64,000 nt of DNA, taken from IMG/VR virus record IMGVR_UViG_3300022220_000003, positions 29,467-93,466 of that record; one strand, written 5' to 3'. The notes below the pieces were generated by a model. It had not been told where the DNA came from. It worked only from the letters and a program-made list of their open reading frames with translations, and made no database searches. The stretch comes from a virus. Below, piece after piece: positions 44,879 to 53,488 of the stretch (position 1 is the first letter of the stretch; the number at the start of each line of letters is the position of its first letter). The position numbers were made by a program, and so were the translations under genes.

Positions 44879-45228
44879 GTCAATTGGTTGACCTATTTTA
44901 TGGCGCGATTGTCGTGATCTTTGGGATCGCCGATTTGTGGTGGGTCGTCTATCGTACGCCGGCGGTCTCGAGGACCCTCGCCGCGTTTGGCTGGCGAGTA
45001 TCGGTCATGCCATTTGCTTGCGGGGCGTTTATCGGCAGGTTGGCCAGCGCCGAGCTCGGTCCAATAGGCGGTGACCCTCTCAAGGCAGCGGGTTTGTTGG
45101 TGGCGTTTTTCGTGCTCGTGTATGGAATCCATTGGTTTTTGCGTACGTGGTTGGAGCTCCCCAGCTGGTTTGGTGTTTTGTACGTGCCTTGTGGTATCGC
45201 TACAGGGATGCATTTTTGGCCGGTATGA
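44875..45228 (+). CDS. Multi-pass membrane protein (holin-like)
   Basis: 117 aa with 3-4 hydrophobic segments. Confidence 0.55.
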   Translation: MSQLVDLFYGAIVVIFGIADLWWVVYRTPAVSRTLAAFGWRVSVMPFACGAFIGRLASAELGPIGGDPLKAAGLLVAFFVLVYGIHWFLRTWLELPSWFGVLYVPCGIATGMHFWPV

Positions 45229-45236
45229 GGTGAGTT

Positions 45237-45545
45237 GTGGCCGAGGTCAGAGAATCGACGATCCGGGCCTTATCGGGTACCACCAACGGTATCAACAAGA
45301 TGTTTACCACGCCCACCGAATACCAGGCGGGATCGTTGCGGCTGGTCTGGAATGGTCAAGTTTATGAGCCTACCGATTCGACTTTTGGGTGGACCGAAAC
45401 CGGAACCAACGAGATCACGTTGACCACGGCCCCCCGGGCGGGGGATGTAATGCAGGCGTTCTATCGTGATTACACAGGAACCACGGTTGACCCCACCGAC
45501 GTGGTGGTTGGGTCACCATTCTACCCGGGGGAGCTCGGGCCATAA
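45237..45545 (+). CDS. Small virion beta-sandwich protein
   Basis: G..NG.N..FT...V..NG...ITLTTAP..GD. Confidence 0.6.
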   Translation: MAEVRESTIRALSGTTNGINKMFTTPTEYQAGSLRLVWNGQVYEPTDSTFGWTETGTNEITLTTAPRAGDVMQAFYRDYTGTTVDPTDVVVGSPFYPGELGP

Positions 45546-45555
45546 GGAGACGAAA

Positions 45556-45954
45556 ATGGAAAAGGAAAAGAAAGAAGCCCGGATCCAAGTAGCCAAGGCC
45601 GTGTTGCCTCTCGGCCCGAATCAGACATTGAAAGACTTTACCCGCGAGCTCCGCGAGGAGCTCAAACCGCCCCTAGGCAAAGCTCTAAAGCTCAAATGGG
45701 AATCAGGCGAGAATCAATCGGCTTACATGTATGTCGTTGACATTTTCGGCGATCATATCGTGGCCGAGGTGCACCAATGGCAAAAGGGCAAAGGCGGGGC
45801 GGACACCTATTGGCTTGTACCCTATGCAAGGGGTGCGGGCGGGTTTGCGTTTGGCGCACCGGTGGAGGTGGTCAAGGAGGTCCATTACGTGCCAAAGGTG
45901 TCGGTATCCAAACGCGTGGTGCCCGAGGGGCAGTTGTGGGCCGATATCCTCTAA
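45556..45954 (+). CDS. Hypothetical protein, possible internal head protein
   Basis: AAGGAG RBS; ends LWADIL like the scaffold's IWAGVL. Confidence 0.6.
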   Translation: MEKEKKEARIQVAKAVLPLGPNQTLKDFTRELREELKPPLGKALKLKWESGENQSAYMYVVDIFGDHIVAEVHQWQKGKGGADTYWLVPYARGAGGFAFGAPVEVVKEVHYVPKVSVSKRVVPEGQLWADIL

Positions 45955-45969
45955 CCGGCGGGGTTTAAA

Positions 45970-47082
45970 ATGCCATCGATCGCCAGGGGCCAAGAGAACA
46001 CCACCGATCGGATCAACTGGTTTGTGACGATCAATGGCAATCTAGCGGACGTGCATGAGATCGGATTTCGGATCCTCGATATCAGCGGGGGATTGCCAGG
46101 CACGCAAATTTTCCCGACAACCCCGGGCGATTTCGAGGACGTGACTTCGGCCCCCGGCAATTTTAGCGTGGGGTCGTATTACGCCTACGATAACACGGCG
46201 GGCACCGGGTGGACCCCAGAGCTAACCGCGAGCCTCGGTGACCACCGGATTGAGTGGCGGTGGAAAACCTTCGCAAGCTCGAGCTATCAGCTCGACGCCG
46301 AGGATTTTACGGTCCTGGTCGAATCGGCGGGGAGCTCAACGGACACCTATATCACGGTCCAAGATATCCGAGATGTGGGGATCACGGTAGCCATGGCCGA
46401 TGATCAGACCGTGCTTGACACGATCGCGATATGGCAAGAATTCATCGATCGGGCGTGTAGACAGTGGTTTAACCCTCGAGTTCTCACGTTGCTATTTGAC
46501 GGGACGGATTCAGATACGCTGCACTTTGGCGTGCCAATTATTTCGATCGACTATGTGCGGCTCAACAACGATACGGTCAACCTCAACACCGATTATTACA
46601 AGGTCTATAGCTCCCGCAGCTATCCGGACGATCGGCGCAACCCGCGGGTCAAGCTGATTCGTTCCGATCAGTTTCGAGACATATACACCGCTCCATTGAC
46701 GTGGGGCGATCTCCGGTTTCGCAAGGGGCGGCAAAACCAGACGATCAGAGGGACGTTCGGTTTCACCGAGTCCGATGGATCGGTGCCCAAGTTGATCCAA
46801 CGGGCCTTGACCAAGCTCGTGGTTGAGAAGCTCCAAAACCCGATATTCCATGACTACAGCACCGGACCCGCACCGGTGCCAGCTCCACCCCCGATCGTTG
46901 GCCCCATGACCTCGGAAAAAACTGACGATCACGAGCGCAAGTTTGGCCAGGCCGGCGGTGCAGTTTCGAGCCGGCGGCCGGGGCTTGCGGGGATCACAGA
47001 TGATCAGGAGATCCTCGGCATTATCAAGCTTTACCGAGCGCCACTAGGGATCGCGACCCCGGCCCATTGGAGCTACCAATAA
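45970..47082 (+). CDS. Head-tail adaptor with an N-terminal extra domain
   Basis: YITVQDIR...FIDRAC...FDG...GTFG...VP..I..A. Confidence 0.7.
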   Translation: MPSIARGQENTTDRINWFVTINGNLADVHEIGFRILDISGGLPGTQIFPTTPGDFEDVTSAPGNFSVGSYYAYDNTAGTGWTPELTASLGDHRIEWRWKTFASSSYQLDAEDFTVLVESAGSSTDTYITVQDIRDVGITVAMADDQTVLDTIAIWQEFIDRACRQWFNPRVLTLLFDGTDSDTLHFGVPIISIDYVRLNNDTVNLNTDYYKVYSSRSYPDDRRNPRVKLIRSDQFRDIYTAPLTWGDLRFRKGRQNQTIRGTFGFTESDGSVPKLIQRALTKLVVEKLQNPIFHDYSTGPAPVPAPPPIVGPMTSEKTDDHERKFGQAGGAVSSRRPGLAGITDDQEILGIIKLYRAPLGIATPAHWSYQ

Positions 47083-47483
47083 TGCCGATCCCAAACCTGA
47101 TCCACCCCGTGCCGATCACGGTTGAGAAGATCAGCCGATCCACGACGTATTACGATGAGGATGCCCGCGAGCCGATCCAGTTTGCAGACCGCCCCACCGA
47201 GACGATTATCGATGGCCAGGTTAAGTGGTTTGATGAGGCGGAGCTCGCCACCACCAAGGTGGGACCGGCGGAGGGCTCGGCGGGATATGTACTATTTCGG
47301 CAGGTGGATTTGACGGCCAAGGGGCTTGAGCTCGAGCAAAACGACCGGTTCACCCAGATCGGCCTACGTACCACCGATGTATACGTCAAAGCATTGCGGC
47401 CGGTGGGCCATTATCCGGACATTGGGGGCCACACCATGATCAAGGCCTACTTCGTGGATCGTCAACCCTCAAGGGTGGAGTAA
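47082..47483 (+). CDS. Head-closure/neck protein
   Basis: Position, size and TAATG coupling. Confidence 0.6.
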   Translation: MPIPNLIHPVPITVEKISRSTTYYDEDAREPIQFADRPTETIIDGQVKWFDEAELATTKVGPAEGSAGYVLFRQVDLTAKGLELEQNDRFTQIGLRTTDVYVKALRPVGHYPDIGGHTMIKAYFVDRQPSRVE

Positions 47484-48133
47484 CGCCAAGGGCGATCATA
47501 TCGTTTAAGGTCGACTCCGGATGGGGCCGGTTCAAACGTGCGGTTAGCCCCGGCGGTTTTAGTCGAGCAGCTCGGGCCGAGATCCGCAAAGCCACCCGCA
47601 AAAACGGCCTAATGGCCGTCAAACAAATACGGCAACTGATACGCGGTGGCGAGGGTGGTTATGCGGCCAACGCCGATCTCACCAAGGAGATCAAAGGGGC
47701 CTCGGTGCCTCTCGTGGGGGGCAAGGCGGACACCGGCGGGATCAATCTATTCCAAGCGATAAGCTCCACCATGCTCGACGATTACACGGTTTTCGCTGGC
47801 GTCAAGTTTGTCTCGGAAAAATACGACGTGGCCGCAACGTTGCATGATGGGGCGGTGGTCCCTGTTACTGAACCTATGCGGACCATGTTTAAAATGCTGT
47901 GGTGGGCCTCGGAGGGGTCGATCGACCCCGGGGAGCTCACCGGGCGGGCGGCGGAGCTCTGGAGGCTCAAAAAAGGCGGCTGGTATCCCTTGGATGATTC
48001 CACCACTGCGATCGTGATACCCGGGCGGCCGTTTATCGAGCGGGCGTTTGAGAGCGGCGAGATCAAGCGGGAGGCTCGCCGCAATTGGGAGTTTGCGGTC
48101 GCTCGAGCTCTAAAAATCCTGGCGAGGGGTTGA
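47483..48133 (+). CDS. Neck/virion morphogenesis protein (apparent ACG start)
   Basis: H.GA...IPGRPFI; frame open back to ACG overlapping the upstream TAA. Confidence 0.6.
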   Translation, partial: TPRAIISFKVDSGWGRFKRAVSPGGFSRAARAEIRKATRKNGLMAVKQIRQLIRGGEGGYAANADLTKEIKGASVPLVGGKADTGGINLFQAISSTMLDDYTVFAGVKFVSEKYDVAATLHDGAVVPVTEPMRTMFKMLWWASEGSIDPGELTGRAAELWRLKKGGWYPLDDSTTAIVIPGRPFIERAFESGEIKREARRNWEFAVARALKILARG

Positions 48134-48135
48134 CC

Positions 48136-49395
48136 ATGGCACGACGCATCAAACGACTGATCAAACGGTTCAAATTTGAGGAGGGCAACCGATTGCGGAT
48201 CGAGTTGACGTCAAACACGCGGTTGGATCCCCAAGCCCACCGCCTCAAGTTGTCGGAACCGTATCAGAGCTCGGGCATAGCCAAGACGTGGGTCACCAAT
48301 CCCCAATCGGTCAAGCAGTGGCTTGGATTCCAAGCGGTGATCCACCATGCCACGATCGGCGGATCCGTGGGCGGGGTGCCTGCCTCGGTGCCAATCACCG
48401 GGGCCAACTACCGTCTCACCGATGGCACAGACGAATACTGGCACAATGGGGCCTCGTGGGAGGTCAACACCACCGATTGGAATACTGAGGAGGAGGTGGC
48501 GGCCGAGATCTCAAGTTTCCCGGTGACCTCCCAACAACTCGGAATCGTGGTGCAGCTCACAACCACCGATACCGCATACACCCCCGAGCTCGAGGAGATC
48601 CGGGTGTTGTGGGGATCCGATATCGAGTTTCACGAGGATTTGGTCTATCGTAGCTTGGTGCGTTCGTTGCGCACCAATGTGCGGCCGATCGCCGATTATT
48701 ACCTCAAACCCGGGGCGGCCACCACAACGATCGACCTCGATACGTTCCCGCTCAAAACGCCGTATAACGTGGTTGCCATTGACTCGGTGTATGATCGTAC
48801 AGATGACCCAAATCGGCTTGTTGATCTGCTCGACTCGTACGACAGCGGAACCAACACGATAACGCTAAACGCCACGTTGCCACAAGATCACGTGGCGGTT
48901 GTGCGGTTTGTTTACGAGCCCGAGGTCTCGGTCACGACCAGCCAAGACTATCACGAGGTGGGCAAGGTGCCCGCGTTGGTGCTCGACGATATCGATTTTA
49001 TTGATGCGGCCCCTTTGGCGGTCAACGATGAGGTGGTCAACAAAGGGGACGGCTCGGCCGTCAAAGTGTATGCCCCTATCCAAGGGGATCTTGAGGTCAC
49101 CCTATTGGCGTTGACTGACAAGGGGGTGGACCAGCAACGGCTTAAGGCGGAGCTGCAACGATATTTTGAAAACAACCCGACCCTGCAAAGCACGGGACTT
49201 GACGAGGCCTATACGTTGTGGTTGATTGACGAATACGACATGCGGAACGTGCCGAGCTCGGCCGATATCCACACTGGCCGGGTGAGGTTTCGGATCCGAG
49301 ACGTCGTTGTCTACGCTAGAGATTCCGTCGACAGTTTTGGAGTGCAACGGTTTAAGCTCACCGGGACCGAGGATTACACCCTCGCGGGAGATTGA
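48136..49395 (+). CDS. Tail-completion/terminator-like protein
   Basis: Immediately upstream of the sheath gene. Confidence 0.55.
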   Translation: MARRIKRLIKRFKFEEGNRLRIELTSNTRLDPQAHRLKLSEPYQSSGIAKTWVTNPQSVKQWLGFQAVIHHATIGGSVGGVPASVPITGANYRLTDGTDEYWHNGASWEVNTTDWNTEEEVAAEISSFPVTSQQLGIVVQLTTTDTAYTPELEEIRVLWGSDIEFHEDLVYRSLVRSLRTNVRPIADYYLKPGAATTTIDLDTFPLKTPYNVVAIDSVYDRTDDPNRLVDLLDSYDSGTNTITLNATLPQDHVAVVRFVYEPEVSVTTSQDYHEVGKVPALVLDDIDFIDAAPLAVNDEVVNKGDGSAVKVYAPIQGDLEVTLLALTDKGVDQQRLKAELQRYFENNPTLQSTGLDEAYTLWLIDEYDMRNVPSSADIHTGRVRFRIRDVVVYARDSVDSFGVQRFKLTGTEDYTLAGD

Positions 49396-49410
49396 CCTTA
49401 GGAGGAGACC

Positions 49411-51699
49411 ATGGCCGTCAAGCGTTTTGGACCAACCCGCGGCGCGGGCGTTGTTGTAATCGAAAAAGAAGGCGAGAAAACGATCGAGGCCGGGGCCCTC
49501 GGTATGGTCGCCTACTCTGGCGTTTTGGAAAAGGGCAACCCGGGTGAGCTGATCCAAACGTTCAGCAAAACCGAATTTCTGAAAAAATGCGGTGGGCGGC
49601 TCACCGATTGGCAGACCCCCAATTGCGCGATCGACTTTTTCGACAACGCTGCGGGAGCCGGGGCGGTGCATTTGGTGCGGATCACCGATGGCAACGAGCT
49701 CCAAGCCGAGGCCACGTTGTACGCCAGATACGAGAGCCTTTTGACCCCAATGGGGACGATCAAGGCCAAAAACGGCGGCCGGTGGGGCGGCAAAAAGCTC
49801 TATTACACCGGGGACGTGGCCGCGTCTGGAGACATCACCGACACCACGTTGGACACCGGGATCACGACGTTCACCACCGACCAATGGGCCGGCGGTTATG
49901 TCGAGCTCGAGGATGTGCCAAACGTGCAGTTTCCGATCGTTGGCAATGATAACACCGGCGTGATCACCCTCGCGGCCGATCAGACAATGAAAACGCAGTA
50001 TGACGCGTTGAGCGGCTCGAGCCTCAGGTATTACCTTGTCCTCGAAAACGAGGAGAAGGAGGTGACGTTCAAGATCGGGGACGGCGAGGATCTACCGGAC
50101 ACCGAGTTTTCTCTCGAGGTGTATGTTGACGGTGAGACCGTCAAGACATGGCCAAACCTCAACACCGATTCGACCAATGGCAAGTATTGGGTGGACGTGA
50201 TCAACGAGGACACCGGCAACGACGAGATCGAGGTTGTCGACCTTTGGACCGGTGCCCACACGGCGGCGGTGCGGCCGGCGAATCACTATGGTGTGATTGA
50301 TACCGGTTTGACCGATACGGTTTTGACCGCGGAGATTTCTGATTTTCGGGTGACTCTGTCACCGACCGGGGCGAATCCGACATTTGGGCTTGGCACCACC
50401 ACCGATGCAATGGAGCCGCAACAGATCACGGTGACCATGTCCGGGGCGGCGGCGTTTGATGCGGTCTCGGATAAGTTTGGTGCTCTTGGCTCGGGTGCCA
50501 CCGATGCGTTGTTTACGCCAGACAACAAGTGGACCCCACCATTCACCATTACCGAGGGGGCCACACCCCTTGCCACGGCCGACGTCATTGTGATCAACTA
50601 CAAGCCGTTCCAACCCGATGAATTGATCGGCGGTCGGATCTATCCGGACAAGGAGAACGCCAAGAACGTCAACTATCGGATCGTTGACAACGACCACAAG
50701 ACGATCACCGCGGCGGATGGGTCTGACATGACCACCGACGGGGCCGACGGTGACACGTTTATGGTGGTGGCTCCGATGCCTTTGGCCGGCGGTCGCGATG
50801 GCAATGCCGATCTGATCGATGCGGATTACTCGCAACAGGCGTACGACGTGGACGCGAGCCCGTTCAACCAACTATTTGGCAAGAACTACGGTTTGATCAA
50901 GATGGCCACCCCCGGTATTTCCGCAACGGCCGTTCAAAAAGCGGGGTTGGCCTATGCCGCGGCGCGCAACTACCAGTACCGCTACGAGGTGCCATCAAAC
51001 TACACCACCGAGGTCTCGGCGATCGACTATATCAACGAGACGATCGGCCGGTCCGATTACGCGGTCTGTGCGTTCCCAAGTTGGGGATATGAGACCGATC
51101 CGGATTCCACCGAGGGGCGGTTGATGCTCGTTTCAATGACGGGCGCCATCCACGGCAGGGAAGCCAGAATTGCAGTCGATTATAAAGGCTATCATAAGGC
51201 CGGGGCGGGCCAGGACGCCACCCTGCCTCAAATCCTCAAGATCCCAACGGGCGAGACTGCTCTGAACGAGGAGATCCTCAACCCGGCGGGGTTGCAGGTG
51301 ATCAAAAAGATCAAGGGCAACTTCGTGATCTGGGGGGACCACACGCTGTACACCGATCCAACATGGAAATGGAAGCATCAACGCGAGCTCATGTCCTACT
51401 ATGAGAACGTGTTACGGGAGTCTTTCGATTGGATCGTGTTTATGATCAACGACCCGATCACCGAAAACCTGGCCAAGGTCGCGTTGCGGTCGTTTTTCGA
51501 GCCAGAATACGCCAAGCGGGCGTTGCGGGGGGATACCTTCAACGACGCTTGCGTGATCAAAATTGACGGCGAGAACAACACCAACGCCACCCGGGCGGCC
51601 GGTGATATGTACGCTGATTTGACCTTGCGTTTGGCCGATACGGTCGAGCGTTTCATTCTGCGAATGGGCAAGGCTGGAATCTTTGACGGGGCGGCCTAA
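49411..51699 (+). CDS. Contractile tail sheath protein
   Basis: GVVVIE, VRI, A...G.WG, LAGG.DG, IWG..T, VF..ND, NT. Confidence 0.92.
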   Translation: MAVKRFGPTRGAGVVVIEKEGEKTIEAGALGMVAYSGVLEKGNPGELIQTFSKTEFLKKCGGRLTDWQTPNCAIDFFDNAAGAGAVHLVRITDGNELQAEATLYARYESLLTPMGTIKAKNGGRWGGKKLYYTGDVAASGDITDTTLDTGITTFTTDQWAGGYVELEDVPNVQFPIVGNDNTGVITLAADQTMKTQYDALSGSSLRYYLVLENEEKEVTFKIGDGEDLPDTEFSLEVYVDGETVKTWPNLNTDSTNGKYWVDVINEDTGNDEIEVVDLWTGAHTAAVRPANHYGVIDTGLTDTVLTAEISDFRVTLSPTGANPTFGLGTTTDAMEPQQITVTMSGAAAFDAVSDKFGALGSGATDALFTPDNKWTPPFTITEGATPLATADVIVINYKPFQPDELIGGRIYPDKENAKNVNYRIVDNDHKTITAADGSDMTTDGADGDTFMVVAPMPLAGGRDGNADLIDADYSQQAYDVDASPFNQLFGKNYGLIKMATPGISATAVQKAGLAYAAARNYQYRYEVPSNYTTEVSAIDYINETIGRSDYAVCAFPSWGYETDPDSTEGRLMLVSMTGAIHGREARIAVDYKGYHKAGAGQDATLPQILKIPTGETALNEEILNPAGLQVIKKIKGNFVIWGDHTLYTDPTWKWKHQRELMSYYENVLRESFDWIVFMINDPITENLAKVALRSFFEPEYAKRALRGDTFNDACVIKIDGENNTNATRAAGDMYADLTLRLADTVERFILRMGKAGIFDGAA

Positions 51700-51730
51700 G
51701 GCCGGTTTTTGCGCAATCTAGGAGGCAAGC

Positions 51731-51952
51731 ATGGCAGCGACACTCAAAACACTGTTGGGCGAGGCCGGGGCCGGGATCGATGATTCCGTGGGCATCGATC
51801 GGCTGTATGACGTGGTCAAAGAATTGGCCACGGTTCAAAACGACCTCGTGGCGCAATTCAACCAATTGCGCACCGATTACAACGCGGAGACGGCGGCGGA
51901 TCACACCGATACGACGGCCACCGCGGTTACCGCAGCGGTAACGATCGAGTAA
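51731..51952 (+). CDS. Small coiled-coil virion protein
   Basis: AGGAGG RBS. Confidence 0.55.
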   Translation: MAATLKTLLGEAGAGIDDSVGIDRLYDVVKELATVQNDLVAQFNQLRTDYNAETAADHTDTTATAVTAAVTIE

Positions 51953-52003
51953 CTCCAACCGGGCCAAGGCCCTACACGGGGATCCTTTCCGAGGAGGTGA
52001 CAT

Positions 52004-52444
52004 ATGAAAGGCGCAATCTTACCGGGCCACGTAGGTCAAAACCGTTACAAGCTGCAAATCGTTGGAGCTCCCGAGCTCGTGTTTACCGAGGTATCGGGCC
52101 TTGAGTCCGAGACCACGGTGGTGGAGCTCCCCGATCGCACCCAAGCGAGTGGTGGCGAGGAGGCGGTGGGCGAGATCACCGCACAGCACCCGTTACACCA
52201 TGGCGTGGAGCGGGCCTATCTCGAGGCCTGGCTTGTGGCGGGACGTGATCCGGTGCAGCCCGGGTACAAGCGGCCGGCAACTATGACGTGGATCAATATC
52301 CATGGTGAGGTTGCGGGTGTGTGGTCAATCGTTGGCATGTTTTGCAACAAGCGGGTTTTGCCCGATGCGGAAATGGGCAACGATGGCGAGATGACCACGA
52401 TCGAGTGGACGTTTAAGCACGATAGCTGCGTCCCTCTTCCCTAG
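52004..52444 (+). CDS. Tail tube protein (T4 gp19-like)
   Basis: FTEVSGL..E...; size; follows the sheath gene. Confidence 0.85.
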   Translation: MKGAILPGHVGQNRYKLQIVGAPELVFTEVSGLESETTVVELPDRTQASGGEEAVGEITAQHPLHHGVERAYLEAWLVAGRDPVQPGYKRPATMTWINIHGEVAGVWSIVGMFCNKRVLPDAEMGNDGEMTTIEWTFKHDSCVPLP

Positions 52445-52503
52445 CAATTCCTGAACCCAGCGGGTGGGCTTGACAAGGCCGTGAGGCCGATTGGAGGTGA
52501 CCC

Positions 52504-53310
52504 GTGACAACGACCAAGATCCAGCTAAAAGAGCGGGGACCGCGGCTCCCTTTGGGACTGCCGGGGCCCGATGGCAAGTTCCAAACCGAGATATCCTGCA
52601 AACCGTGGCGGGGCCGTGAGGAGCGGGAGGTTGGGAGACTTCGAGGCGAGTCTCGAGGCGAGGGCAATTTCCCGACGAAGCTCCTAGCATATATGTTCGA
52701 GCGGGTGGGCCACCACGACTTTACGGCCATGAGCATGCCCGAGCGGGAGGTGGTGATCTCCCAACTGTTCTTTGGGGATGGTCTGTATGCATACGTTTGG
52801 TTGCGAACCCAATGCATAGGAGATCGGCTAAAGCTCGATCTCACCTGCCCCAATTGCACGTTTGAATTCAAGTACGAGGCGGATCTCGGTACGATTGAGG
52901 TTCGCACGGCAGAGGACCTCGAAGCGGTGCAATGGCAGTACGAGCTAAAGCACCCGTTTGAGATCCGAGGCAAGGAGGCCGCCGGTTTCGAGCTTGCGCC
53001 GAGCCGGTGGAGCACGATCCACCGGGCGGCCAAGACCGCGAGTGAAGGGATCCCAAACACCAACGCCACCAAAATGGAGATCATGCAATCATGCGTTGAG
53101 GGGGTGGTTGGGGCGGGTCCGGTGGTGCTGACGTCAACCGAGCTCGACGATATGGCCAAGATCGATATCGAGGGGCTTGCGGGCAAGATTGACGAGCACG
53201 AGATCGGGCCCGATATGATGGTGAACGAAAAATGCCCGAGGTGCCAGCGGCGGTTTCGGGTATCGTTGGATTGGGACTATGCAAGTTTTTTCGAGAGTTC
53301 CTCCCCATAG
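52504..53310 (+). CDS. Tail assembly chaperone / hub-assembly-like protein
   Basis: CPNC..ADL, CPRC, ..FF C-terminus; upstream of the tape measure. Confidence 0.7.
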   Translation: MTTTKIQLKERGPRLPLGLPGPDGKFQTEISCKPWRGREEREVGRLRGESRGEGNFPTKLLAYMFERVGHHDFTAMSMPEREVVISQLFFGDGLYAYVWLRTQCIGDRLKLDLTCPNCTFEFKYEADLGTIEVRTAEDLEAVQWQYELKHPFEIRGKEAAGFELAPSRWSTIHRAAKTASEGIPNTNATKMEIMQSCVEGVVGAGPVVLTSTELDDMAKIDIEGLAGKIDEHEIGPDMMVNEKCPRCQRRFRVSLDWDYASFFESSSP

Positions 53311-53486
53311 CCACCGGGGAGGAGTTCTTAGAGGAGGTGTTTGCGCTAACCTACTGCATACCGGGGATTACGTGGGAGGCGTGCCTCGACCTACGGCGAA
53401 ACGAGCGGTTGCACTTGTTGCGGTTGCTCGGTGACCAAAAACGAAGCGAGGCCGATAGCATGAAAAAGGCCACGCGGGGACGGTAG
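53286..53486 (+). CDS. -1 frameshift extension of the chaperone
   Basis: Slippery T TTT TTC at 53286-53292; -1 frame open to TAG 53486. Confidence 0.7.
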   Translation, partial: FFREFLPIATGEEFLEEVFALTYCIPGITWEACLDLRRNERLHLLRLLGDQKRSEADSMKKATRGR

Positions 53487-53488
53487 CC

